Source: Neodothiora populina
Taxonomy: Eukaryota
Assembly: GCF_041146345.1 (NCBI RefSeq)
Contig: NW_027191414.1
Coordinates: forward strand, 372,001-436,000
Direction of reading: 5' to 3'
Length of the DNA stretch: 64,000 bases
Each line of letters starts with the position of its first letter. Within the stretch, counting starts at the first letter, position 1. The translations under genes and the position numbers were made by a program. The notes beneath the pieces were generated by a model. It saw only the letters and a list, made by a program, of their open reading frames with translations, did not search any database and was not told the DNA's origin. Shown one piece after another: positions 11,970 through 24,476 of this stretch.

Positions 11970-13211
11970 TCAGTTGGCACCAGAGTCTGTACCTAGAGCT
12001 CTGAGGACCGCCTCGTACATGCCAAACATAATGGCGGCACTGGGCACTACTCTGAGCATGTGCGGTACCAGGCCACCGTATAAGGCAGCCATGCCCTCCT
12101 CCTTCCAGACGAGTTTGAAGCACTGGACAAGACCGGTGTACTTTAGATGAGAAACACCAGTGCCCGAGGTGGTCACAGGGGCTTGTCGTAATCTTGTTCG
12201 GACAACCTCATGAGGATAAGTGACGAGGGCAGCGAAGAACTTGGCACTGCCCGCAGCACCGAGCTTGTACGACCACAATATAGCATCATCCCAACCAGTA
12301 CGCGGTCTGTTGGCGACAGACATGCGATGTGCCTCATTTTCGGCGATGCTCTTCTTCATGCGCTCGTAGAGAACCCATTGCAAGGTACTCTCGGTGACTC
12401 CCAGATAACTCGCACTCAAGCCTCTGTAGAGACCTCGGATACCCTCTTTCCGCACAGTCTGGAGTGTGCAATCCATTGCATTCTTGTACTGCCTTCCTCC
12501 ACTTCCAGAGTGTTCAGCCTTTGATTTATCCAGTTGCAGGCGAGTCTTGACAAGCCAAATGGGGTTGGTCGCTGTTCCGGTGATGATTCCGGCCTGGGCA
12601 GCAGCTAGGAGATGGACCCAGCTGGCTTCCTCGCCATTGTTGAATTTCTGAGCAATGAGCCTCTTTCCGTTTCCGTAGGCGAAAAAGTTGATCGCTCGCG
12701 CCGGCACGACGCCGACAAGGTTTGGCCCAAGACCCTTGAATAGAGCGCGCCAGCCTTCAACGCGCGGAATGGCAGCAAGTATTTGGAAGGTTTCGCGGAT
12801 GTGTAGGAGAGATGTGCGATAGACGGAAAGTTCAGCAAGTGGCGGGATCCCTCTGGCTGCGCGTGAAGCAGCGAGTTGTGATTTGTAAAAGTCGGACTGC
12901 AGTCGTGTCTTGAGGACGTCGAGTGGCGATGTCAAAGTGGCACTTGTCATACCGCCAGCTCTATGCGAAACAGAATATCAATACATTGGGTTGCTTGGAA
13001 AGAAAGAACAATGGTAGATGGCGTACCCTCCGGCGACAAAATGAGCCCATGACTTGGCCACACCCACAGGCTGCCCTTCTACCGCGGTGCCATCTGGTTG
13101 CTTCTGAGGTAGCACCTCTCCAGTCTCTCTCGATGTAGATAAGGCAGGAGTTGCGGGAGAGGGTTCACTGATGCCGGAAGGGTTACGGCTAGTGGTGAGG
13201 GAGTTGGTCAT
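11970..13211 (-). CDS. RIM2: Mitochondrial carrier, pyrimidine nucleotide transporter
   Basis: SWAHFVAGG|AGGMTSATLTSPLDVLKTRLQSDFY, TNPIWLVKTRLQLD and TYPHEVVRTRLRQAP give three PxD/ExxK/R carrier motifs in Rim2-type context. Intron 13026-12961. Confidence 0.9.
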
Positions 13212-13765
13212 CAAGAGGTTTTATTGTAGAGATAATGCGAAAACACAATAGTGGTTTGAACTGACGAAATCGATGGATGTTTTGCGTCAACAGGGATTAT
13301 TGTCGTAGAAGTCGCATGAGTTGTAATAGTAAAGTATCAGGATAATTATGGTATGGTACACAGTACGAAGATATAAAAGATGCATGTACCTTGATGACCA
13401 CCTTTTTTTGCCCGCCAAAGCGACGGCACGGCAGGCAATCGATGCAATTAATGCAATTGGTGCATTATCAGAGCACGACGCATGACCATCAGACCTGAGC
13501 AGTGTGCAGCTCGGACCTGCCTCTTTCTAACCTCCGTCCGAGCATCTGCCGCCCGCATCCTCGCCAAGAGATCTGCAGATAAGATTCTGATTGATTGCGT
13601 CAGTATCAGATGTTCCTACAGTACAATACCTTGATACGCCGTCTCGGTCGCATCTGATCACCCTTTCTATGCTGCTCTGACATTGGTCTCTTCTATCTGT
13701 TCCTCACCCAGGAATCATACTCAATTCAAGCCCTGACACTGATCGGCCGGATCTCGACACGCAAG

Positions 13766-14594
13766 ATGCAGTGCACTCGTGGACTGATGGCCCCCGCCGG
13801 CTTCTGGAAACGGAGTCTGGACGAGTTCAAGAGACAGGCCACAATTGGTGAGACAAGACAAATACGCAAGGGCGGTCGCTCGCAACTGACACAGACCAGC
13901 AATCAATCTCGAAGGAATCAAGAGTCCGACCCAGGCTCTGCCCCTCATGAACTTTGCTTCCTCGGGCGACATCGAAAGCTGCAAGATCATGTGCGACTCA
14001 GACTCTGGCGGCTTCTCGTCAGCCACACTCGACTTTCTCCCTGCCAAATCCGAGACGGAGCCAGCGCACGCTAGATTCCATGGCAGCATATCTACAGAAC
14101 TACCTCCCAACCGACCAGATATCCAGCGCTCAGGCTTTGCTGCGTGGCGCACGAGGGATCGCCCTGCTACCCTGTTCGGCAAGTCCCTGTGGGATCTCGA
14201 CTCTTACGCCTACCTTGCATTGAAAGTCAAGAGCGACGGCCGCAAATACTTCATCAATGTTCAAACCGAGTCTATCGTACCCACCGACATTCACCAGCAC
14301 AGACTGTACGCAAAGAAGCCGGACGAGTGGGAAACTGTGGTGGTCAAGATTGATGACTTCGTACGAACGAACCACGGTATGGTTGTCGAGCCACAGAAGG
14401 ACATGATGACACAACGTGTGCGGAGCATCGGAATCGGACTGATCGATCGCATCCCCGGTCCCTTCGATCTGTGTATCAAGGAGATTTATGCCACCAACGA
14501 TGTGCATGGCAAGAAGGTTGCCAAGAGTCTCGTCAAGGACATGTTAGCGGAGAAGAAACAGGCTGATCATGAGCCGGGCACGAAGACCATTTGA
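13766..14594 (+). CDS. CIA30: Complex I intermediate-associated protein 30 (NDUFAF1)
   Basis: GFWKRSLDEF, DSDSGGFS, RSGFAAWRT, LKVKSDGRKYFINVQTESIVPTDIHQHRL. Intron 13848-13899. Confidence 0.92.
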
Positions 14595-15149
14595 GTCTTG
14601 ATACCTTGACCTGTATATAGTAAGCATCGGGTGCATGGAGTTTTCGGCGTTTACAAGCAAGGCAAGTTGAGATGCCAGGCTTCGATTTCAATTATTGAAG
14701 AATCAATTGGCCATGTGTATCGAAGTCGAATGGGCACCAAATAAACAGATCTACCAGCTATCGCAATTGCTGTACGTATTCTCATGAGAGCTCTGCGAAC
14801 GACCAATAGACAATAACACATCTTCCTTGCCAGACCAGCATGACTCAAGCCTGTCGTTGGTGTAATGCTCCACATGACTCTCAAAGCAGCACCAACCGTC
14901 CGAGGCCCAGACTTGACAAAGTAATGAAATTCCGGGGTCGCACGCCGCCGCAAGAGACGAGACGGGCAAGGGTCCAATTGAATTGAATGGCAGCTGTCCT
15001 CATCCACCGCTCGCTCTCCATACCACATTTCCCACATACACGCCATCTTGCCAGCAATTCAACTTTCGATCCACCAGCCTCTACGATTACCGCAATTCGA
15101 TCTGCCATCAACAACAACAACACTTACACATACGCACATCAGATAAATC

Positions 15150-15779
15150 ATGTCGGAACAAATCAAGGATCTGGCGGAGATGCCTCGCGAGTTCCTCAAG
15201 GACGGCACTCAATTCATTAACAGATGCACCAAGCGTATGTGTTTCTGTGATCTCTCATTTCATCTCTCTTATTTTGCCTCGATCGCACATTATCGCTAGG
15301 TCCATGGCCCTCTTGACTTTGGAGACGAGTGCTCCATTGGCCAAGCTCAAGGGCGCTCCTTCCTCCCCCTTTCACAGCTTGACTCTTCTTTTCGTACATC
15401 CGACAATGCCTCCCTCAACCTCTCCATGTATTCTCCTCGAGAGCTTGCAAATATTCCAAGAAACAGAACCCAGAAGCTGACAATGTCGCAGCCGACAAGC
15501 GCGAATTCCTCAAGATCTCCCAAGCAGTCGGTGTCGGTTTCCTCGTCATGGGCGTGATTGGTTACGTTGTCAAGCTGAGTAAGTCACAAGGGCACCCTTG
15601 TGTCGCCTACACCTCTCGAATATCTTTCTTCCTCCTCGTCTCGTCAGGTCTGCTGCAGAGAGCGGAGAGATGAGAATAAAACACACACAGATCAGAGAAC
15701 ATAGATGCAAGAATAGTTTACTAACAACACTAAAACAGTACATATCCCCGTCAACAACATCCTTGTCGGAGGCGCATGA
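15150..15779 (+). CDS. SSS1: Sec61 translocon gamma subunit (3 exons)
   Basis: Spliced product MSEQIKDLAEMPREFLKDGTQFINRCTK|PDKREFLKISQAVGVGFLVMGVIGYVVKL|IHIPVNNILVGGA*. Missed by the ORF track. Confidence 0.95.
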
Positions 15780-16543
15780 GCGAGGAGCTTTTTACACAAC
15801 TCCCTGGAGCATTGCCATTCCTCTTGCGAAAGAATGTTTCATTCTTCTCTTGGTCACATTATTGTCCCCATTATCCTTTTCACAAAGCGAGGAGAAGCAA
15901 AAGCGACGGTCCTTGACGCGCGACTTCTGATCATCGACACTATCGACAGTCTCTAAGCTCACGCTTGGAGACGCAGGAGATTCTTGCGAAAACATCGTTG
16001 TCAGGACAGAGAGAATGCTATACCTGTCGATGATCAGAGCGAGACTCGAATAACAATAGAAAAAAAAAACCAAGACAGGAGGAAATGACGAGTAGAGAAC
16101 AAGAAATCACCGACGATCAAGGATGGGGAAGAAAGGGGTGCACCTTTCGTTCACTTTTGCTTGTACAATTTCTGGGCACTGGTTTGTGATTGTATCCGAA
16201 AAGAAGAATCCTTTTTTTCTTTATTCCTGTTAGCTTATTATGCAAAATCTGTTTCTGATATCCACATCACATCACAATGAAGAAGAAATACCAAAAAGAA
16301 CAAGGACAGTCTTTGTAGAATTTCTTCCATCTTATCAAGGGTTCCTTTTTGCCCATGTACTCGGCAAGTCAAGCTGGTCCACCCTCTGGAGAAACAACCA
16401 GTAGCCGCAACATCTTATTGCCTGTGGAGGGCGACTTGACCAGATACTAGGTTGTCCTCTTGAGGAACATCCAGTTTTGGGGCTTTCGAGAAGAAGGGTC
16501 ATTTATGTATATGTACATTTTGCCATTCCTGTCCCTCTCGTAC

Positions 16544-16555
16544 GAGAGAGAGACA

Positions 16556-16611
<56 letters not shown>
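16544..16611. repeat. (GA)n microsatellite
   Basis: Long GA dinucleotide run with two GACA interruptions. Confidence 0.95.
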
Positions 16612-16614
<3 letters not shown>

Positions 16615-16837
16615 TGAGTCTTGTCTGATGAAAAGAGAAAGAAAAGGTAATAAAAAAGGAACGTCGTCTCGATGGAGGTATTCATGTATTTTTCCTAGGC
16701 CCTTCCCCCGCCGTGGCGTTCTGCATATCTCTTCTTCTTCCATCATTTCATTCATATGACTTTCTGCGTCTACCGGCCCGTCCCTTCCCCTCCATAGATA
16801 CCGCCGTGAGGTCCCTTTAACCACTTACCCCTAAAAA

Positions 16838-19189
16838 TCACTCGTCATCATCGTCGTCATCTCCCCCGGCCATCCGCTGCCGGTTCCGCATCCTCGTCCT
16901 CCTGAAACTACTGATATGAGAACCCGAGGTGTTGTAGAACCGCTGGTCGTGGTCGAGTTGAGCGTTCAAGCGCGCGCCCATGGCTGGGTCGTCGCACTCG
17001 TCTGTTGAGCTCCCGTCGTTCCACGTGTGCACTGTGCAGGTTCCTAGACCGTGGTCCCAGCCGTTCCATGATGTTGCTTTTTAATTGTTAGTGAGGGCCG
17101 TGAAGGATGGGAGAAGAGGAAGAAGGAAAAAGCGGGAGACTTACCGGCTATGATGGGCGCGTTGGGATGCCAACTCGCGTCTCGCACAATCGTCTGCCAC
17201 TGTGTGCTTCGCGAGCTGATCTCCCATCTGTCGACGTACCGCTCGTCTTCTACCGGTCGTGAGTTCCTCGTCGCGGCGAGCACGTCGATCTTGCCTTGCA
17301 GCGTGCCGTCTAGGTTCCAGATGTAGACTGCGCCGTCGAAGGAGCCGCTGTACACATATCTGCCGTCGCTGCTGCCAGGAGGAGAGAAATGACATCGAAT
17401 CAGGGTTTTGAGGACTTTGTGTCCGCGGAAAGTCACGGCGCTGCAGTCGTGCGGGTGAGGCTCGTAGTCGTCTTCGTCGTAGGGTGTGAAGCGGTAGTCG
17501 AACCCTGTCGTGTAGTCTTCTGGTCGGATGTTGTCGAAGCGCTCTGTTGTCATCATCTTTCGCAAGTCCCAGAGCTTCATGGTCTGGTCTTTGGCGTTGC
17601 TGAGCACGTAACGGCCGTCGCCTTTGCTGTCTATGTAGGTCACTCCCTCGGTGTGACCGACCAGCGCTCCGGCTTCTCGGCTGTCTCCCATGGAACGTCG
17701 GTCCCAGACTTTAATGGTTGTGTCATCTGAACCCGAGTACAAAATATGAGGCGAGGACTTGTCGCCGTAGCACACGGCGTTGACATCTCCTCTATGGCCA
17801 TTGATCCTTAATGTTGTCTGACGAGCCTCAATGTCGTAGACGTAGATGCTCTCGTCAGACGTACCCGCAACAATTTCCCGGCCGTCTCCAGAGTATCGAA
17901 GCGACCAAATCTGTATAGCCATCAGCCGAGCTCAAAAGAGGATAACGCCGAGGCATAACCTACACCGAAGTGACCTCCATAAAGTCGTCTCCCCTGTGGG
18001 CCACCCACGTGAGCGAATTCGAGAATGGTAGGGTCCATGGTGTTCTCAGGATCAGTCGGTGAGAGACAGACGGCACTTCGGATCGAGCTGTAAGCCAGGA
18101 ATTTGTTGTCCGGGCTCAAAGTCGCATCTGTGATAGTCCACTGTCCGCCCAGATAATGTGCCGTCTTATAGTACTTCCAGCGGTACGGATTCGAGGTGTC
18201 GTACATGCGGACTCTGAAGTCTTGAGCGCAAGAAAAGAAAAAGTTGCCGTCGTCGGAGAATTGGCCAGAGTAACATCTAGCATTGTAATTGATGATGCTG
18301 TCAGCACTCGAGCCGGGGATCAGTGTCTGTGACAGGAGCTTGTTTGCGCTTCGCTGCTTGCCAGCACCGCCCAACCCCAGCTCACGCATCATCGTCCGGT
18401 AGGCCAATTTCTTCTTCCGCCCATAGCTATCTTGCCGCCGCTCATTCAATCCAAAAGTCCCAGACTCCATTAGTTTTTGGCCCTCTTCACTCGGTACCGG
18501 TGGATAGCCCGCGCCTTGCCTTTTAGGTCGCCTTGCTCGTCTGGCCCAGTTCGCGTATCCGATATAGTCGTCGTCGTCATTGTCCTCATCGTCGTCATCC
18601 TCGCCCATCAGACCTCGCAATGGATTCCCGGCGGTGTGATTAGCAAACAAGCCTCTCAATCCAGCTCGACCCAGTAGTCGCAATATCTGTTGCTGAGTGA
18701 CTGCACACCGTCAGCCTGAAGCACAAGTGGATATAAGAGGGGAAGACGACACACGAGTGATGGCTTGTCGCTGCCTCGGCGCCTCTCGCTGGTTGCCTTC
18801 GGTCTCTGTTCGGTCTCCGTTTTCATCTTCATCTCCATCTTCATCGTCTTGGTCAGGATCCGCCGATGCTTCTCTACTATCATCCTCGTCGTCATCGTCG
18901 GTGGTGAGTTCGAATTCGATCTCCACCGGTCCAGTCCCTGGTTCGGCGTCTGACAAACCATCTCAGCATTGATCACTTCATTATATATAAGAAGACCCAA
19001 ACCAAAGAACTCTGTCTCGTCGTGGTCTGACCCCTCGAAGAACTCAGACAAGGCCTCACTGGCGGGCTCATAGTCCATGTCGTCATCGTCTTCCCATTCA
19101 CCGTCCCCAAGTGGTCCAGAAAGTACTACGTCTCTCGTCGACAGTGGAGTCTCCGAATGAGCATCGTGCTCAGATCCAGGAGAACTCAT
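16838..19189 (-). CDS. WD40-repeat protein, DCAF11/WDR23/LEC14B-like (5 exons)
   Basis: YSGQFSDDGNFF, WTITDATLSPD, VWDRRSM, GHTEGVTYIDSKGDGRY, LWDLRKM, GHKVLKTLIRCHFSP. WDxR motifs are typical of DDB1-binding WD40 proteins. Four introns traced. Confidence 0.88.
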
Positions 19190-19972
19190 CTCCGCACGCA
19201 GCGACTAATGCAGTATAAGAAATGAGGTCTTTTGAGCGAGATGATGGTGAGGCAAATGGATGGACATGTACAAGATAGATACGGTAGAGTTGGGTAGCTT
19301 GTCCGTGCCTCGGATACAACGGAGATACGCAATCTCCGGCAATGTGGAAATCAGGACTCAAGCACGAGTGAAGGTAGGAGTAGTGGCAGCGTCCCGCCAT
19401 GTCTCTATCATGGACATCTAGATAGTATCTCAGAGACCTGTTACTGCAGATAGTCAGGTATTGCTCGTACAATGGATAGGTACACCCCCAATACTGAGCT
19501 TACCTGTCCAGTCCATCCGAAAACCATCAGTGTCTGTGCGACACGTGATCATGTTCATCGAGCATTGCGCAGTGTAGAAGTTCATCGGCAAACATGGTAC
19601 TGTTGACAAGGTCGCATATCTAGTAGGTATCTATTGAAGGACATTGGAATCCATATCGGCACAAAGGAGTCGGCGTCAATGGGAAACACACCACTGTTCA
19701 TTGGCCGAGGACAAGCGGGAAGCATAGAGGGCATGGCACAGCACAGCACAGCAAAGGTGAACAAGAAAATCAAATCGTAAAGACATGCGCATTCATAGGG
19801 GTATTCGCAAATTTTTAAACTCTCGTCGAATTGACATTGGTTTGCTTTTGAGGGCGCTATTGGTAGGCATGCAACGTAGCCTGTCTGAAAATCCCAAGAC
19901 CCAGAGACCACCCAGTATAAGCACCGTAAGACGCCATGGAAGAAGTCGAGACGTAAAAAGGGGGTGAGTAGT

Positions 19973-20910
19973 TTACTCCTCCTCCTCCTCCTCGTCACCA
20001 CCGTCCTCCTTCTTGGAGGCGGCGGCGGCCTTCTTTCTCCTGACACGGCCGGGGCGACCGCCTCCGAAGGGCGAGGTGAGAGCGAAGTCGATGTGCTTCT
20101 GGGAGTCGAGACGGACAACGAAAGAGGGGACGTTGACGATCTGCTTGCCAACACTGTGTCATTTGTTAGTATTGTTACAGGCCAATTGATACGGACAGAA
20201 TAGAGCGCATACCGGATGTGTCTCTGGCGGATGAGGACACGGGCGTGGTGGATGGACTTGGCAAGGCCGAGCTTGTAGACGCAAGTCTGGAGACGACGCT
20301 CAAGGAAGTCCTCGACCTGGAGGGCCAAGACGTAATCGAGCTTCATGCGGGACTCATCAAGGACACCGACGCGAACGAGACGGCGAATGAGAGCGTTACC
20401 CTCGAAGAGACGCTTGGGGTCCTTCTCGTCCATGGTGAGGAGTTGACTGGGGGACAAATCAGTTTCGGCTACGCAGGCGCAAATCTGTGATTTTCCTGGT
20501 ACTCTACATACCGAGCAGCACGACGGATCTTGGAGAGGGTGAGCTGGACGCGCCAGACCTCACGCTTGTTGCGGAGGCCGTACTCGCCGACAACCTTCAG
20601 CTCAGAGTCCCTGTACCGATGTTAATTTTTGCATTCCAAGACTTGAACAGAGGCAAGCTCATGTTCAGTGGCCTATGGATGATACTGACAGACGAGCGGA
20701 CTCGAAAGGACGACGAGGGCTGTGATGAAATTAGCATATGATTTTCCTCACATGTGTTCTCACTGGCCACACGACGAAGACCACCAAGTCGATATCTGAT
20801 CGCTACACGGAGGAGCAAGAACCAGAAATCAAATCGTGCAGTCAACGTCGCAGACCAGTGGTGAATGCAACGTACACCTTGTAGGTCTTGGAGTAAGAAC
20901 GAGGAGCCAT
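19973..20910 (-). CDS. RPS9: 40S ribosomal protein S9 (uS4), 5 exons
   Basis: [78 protein letters not shown]. Confidence 0.97.
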
Positions 20911-21171
20911 GGTTGTCGAATTGCGCTCGTCGGCGTTGCTGGGGAGAAGAAAGAGAGAAGACTTTCCTTTGAGCAGCACAAAAGATGGAAGTCGTCGTGG
21001 TTCGCGGCTTCGCAAATCGGAAAAGTGGGTCTGGTGTGCGGTTAGCGAGTCCAAGTCTTGGCACGGCGTCGCCCACGTTCGGCTTCGAAATTCTGCATCC
21101 CAATCTCATCTGCGACGCCCAGCGAAGAAACTCATTACGCCAATCGACTTCCCGCCAACAAATCAGTCAAA
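20911..21171. promoter_or_regulatory. Bidirectional promoter region shared by RPS9 and RPL21
   Basis: Only 261 bp separate the two head-to-head ATGs of ribosomal protein genes. Confidence 0.75.
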
Positions 21172-21822
21172 ATGGGTCACGCCGCAGGTCTCCGCGCTGG
21201 TACTAGATATGCCTTCTCTCGCGACTTCAAGAAGAAGGTCAGCTCGATCCCTGATGAATTCCAAGTCTGCAGAGACAGAAACGAGCCAATGAAGCTGACT
21301 CTAGCCAAAAGGGTTACATCGCCCTCTCTACTTATATGAAGTTTTACAGAGTCGGTGATATCGTCGATGTTGTCGCCAACGGTGCCGTCCAGAAGGGGTC
21401 AGTCGGAACTTCCATCAAATCCATCGAATCTCGAATCTCCCAGAGAGATGGAGCCAGAAACGCAAAGAACAAGCGCCTAACAGCCACGCAGTATGCCCTA
21501 CAAGGTCTACCACGGAAAGACTGGTATCGTCTACAACGTGACCAAGTCCGCCGTCGGTGTCATCCTCTACAGACAGGTCGGCAACCGCTACATCGAGAAG
21601 CGCATCAACGTCCGCATCGAGCACGTCCGCCACTCTCGTTCCCGTGACGAGTTCCTCACTCGCGTCAAGACCAACGCCGCCGCAAAGAAGGCTGCAAAGG
21701 CCGAGGGCAAGACCGTCTTCCTCAAGAGACAACCCGCCATGCCCCGCGAGTCCCGAACCATCTCCGCCAAGGACAACATGCCCGAGACCATCGTGCCCAT
21801 TGCCTACGACACCCACATTTAA
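21172..21822 (+). CDS. RPL21: 60S ribosomal protein L21 (eL21), 3 exons
   Basis: MGHAAGLRAGTRYAFSRDFKKK|GYIALSTYMKFYRVGDIVDVVANGAVQKG|MPYKVYHGKTG..KRINVRIEHVRHSR. Confidence 0.97.
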
Positions 21823-22328
21823 GCTGGAGAAAAAGCGTCTGATAGGGGTTGGGGCTGGATGATTTTGCTGGCGGGAGTTTTTATTTTCATCATGCAGCAG
21901 CACTCGAGAGAGGCAGATATATTCATCCGGAAAATGAAAAAGCAGATGATTTATCCCTCTTGGATCCAAAAACGAGACCCTTCCTCTCTCACGTCAGAAA
22001 AAACCAAAAACCACAAATATGACATTGATGCGAACCACCAAACTCAATGTTTTATTTCTTTTTTCGAATACCCCCACCGAACGTGCAATTTTTCCTGATG
22101 ATATATCATGAACTGCGCATCGAGGATCTCTTTCACCCCACCGGCCAATTTTTACTCAGCCCCAGTCGTAGAGAATGTATGGTGGACATAAAATGCATTA
22201 CTCACATTTCACAATTATCTGTTTTACGTGTTTGACAAGTGTGCCCACACCTTCAATCGTGACAATGGCATGACGTGCTGCAAGCGCATTCTTTCTAAAT
22301 TCGTGAACTGGCAATATGGATACACCGT

Positions 22329-23561
22329 CTATGCACCGCCCTTGATAGCATCCTCCCACTTCTTACCAGTGAGCTTCTCAAAAGCCTCTTGGTACTTGCT
22401 CGCAGTCTCCTTGACGACATCTTGAGGCATCTCGACTCCGTCCTTGCCCTTGAGTCCATTGCTGGTGAGCCAATCACGAAGGTATTGCTAGCACACACAA
22501 ACATTATTAGTTATCCCAAGCCTCACATTCGCATATGACATATACTGAATGACTTCAATTGACTTACCTTGTCGAAGCTGTCTTGGGTCTTGCCAATCTC
22601 GTACTTGTCTGCAGGCCAGAAGCGCGAGCTGTCCGGAGTGAGGACTTCGTCCACGAGCACGACTTCATCCGTCTCCTCGTCGAGACCGAATTCGAACTTG
22701 GTGTCTGCAATGATGATGCCGCGCTCTGCGGCATAGTCTCTGGCCTTATAGGAGAGTCGGTAAGAGTCTGTCCTTGCCAATATAGCAAGAAGAGAAGAAT
22801 AATTAAAGACTTACAATAGAATAAACCTGAAGACTCAACTCCTCGATCTTCTTGGCGTACTTATCTCCCACAATCTCCCTGGCCTTCTCAGGCGAGATGT
22901 TCTCGTCCTTGTCGCCCAGCTCGGCTTTGGTGCTCGGCGTCCACAGCGGCTGCTCCAGCTTCTCGCTCTCCTGAAGGCCAGATGGCATGCTGATGCCGTG
23001 CACGGTGCCGCTCTTCTTGTACTCTGACCACGCGCTGCCGGTGATGTACCCGCGAACGATGGATTCCAGAGGGAAGATCTTGAGCCGGCGCACCAGCATG
23101 CTGCGGTTCTGGAGCTGAGAAGAGAGATCCTGAGGAAGAGACAGGGAAGATGGGATGGTGGTGCCTAGGAGATGAGTCTTGAGGGAGGGGACCTTGGATG
23201 CTAGCAGGTTGAACCAGTGCACTGTCTGTAGAGTGAGGAGAGCTCCTTTTTGAGGAACGCCCTGTAGTTCCAAGGGAAGCAGACTCAGTTTTTGTACAGA
23301 TCATAAGATTAAGGTAAGAACAAGGCTTTGCGTACGTTCTTCATGATCACATCATAGGCCGAGATGCGATCGGTGGCGACAAAGAGAAGAGTCTTGGAGT
23401 CGATCTCGTAAATCTCGCGAACTTTGCCGCTTGCAATCTTCTTCAAACCATATTGCTCGACTAGGCAAGATGTTAGTACAGCGAACAAGAGCAAAGGATA
23501 TTGATTTCTCAGATTCACCTTTGGGGTCGATCTGGGTGACGACGGCCGGAACTGCTGCCAT
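22329..23561 (-). CDS. ADE1: SAICAR synthetase (5 exons)
   Basis: [72 protein letters not shown]. Confidence 0.97.
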
Positions 23562-24476
23562 GGTTGCTGCTGCTACTGTTTTCACCTTCGGCATTACAGA
23601 TGTGTTAGCTTAATGTTACAACATGTGTTTCACAACTTTCAGGCTGTCGTCGTATATGCAATTCATTCACAAGAAACTGCAATGATCCACAACTTGGCAA
23701 TGACTTGTTGCCCATTTGTTTTCGGATACCAATGCAACGAGAAAAAAGTTGTGGTATGAAAAGACGCAGATACACGGCAGTTAACAGATGCAATTTTTTT
23801 TTCTACTCTTAACGACAACAAAGAATCACTCACTCACCTCTACTGCGATATGCTACACGACGAATATAAATGCAAGATCAATTTGTTCCGTCGTGATGGT
23901 ATGGATATAAAAGTATGGCTCATAGTCAAGGCTTGGCGATCTACTTTTTGATATTTAACCGCCAAGACAAGTCGCTCCTCGCAAACCCTCGGCGCGTGGG
24001 TGGGTCGGCCCTAGAATGAGGCTCTTTTCCAATGCTATAATTACGACCATTTCCCCAAGAAATAGATCAACACGTCGTGTTAAAACACAAAAAGCTTTAC
24101 CCAAGGTAGAAACGAAATACGCAAAGTTCCAGGTGGAGGATCATGTTCATCAAATCTCGTACGTGTCTGCAGGTGACACTTTATTGGTCAAGACCTCAAT
24201 TTACTCCTAGGCCAGAGACGCCGGATTCCCCACAAGTTTGGTTGTGTATGACGCTGGTATGATGAGATCACTGTTGACTGCATGAAATGGATCCTATGAG
24301 GGTTTTAAGCTCTTGTCGGCGCTCAGAGTGTCGTACAGACATCGTAATCTCCTCATCCGTTTCCTCCTCTTCTTTCCTTGTTACTTTTGAGCTCATCCTC
24401 TCAGTCCTCTCATCACAAACAGTGTAGTCCCCAAACAAGAGACTCCCAAAGAAACCTCCTACAGATTATTCTCAGA

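Noticed and set aside
16447..16824. ORFs with SLSLSL or ERERER runs
   Set aside because: Translations of the (GA)n microsatellite.
24378..24476. In-frame non-AUG upstream extension of the SDR
   Set aside because: Looks like an ordinary CT/CA-rich 5' UTR, with no targeting-peptide features.
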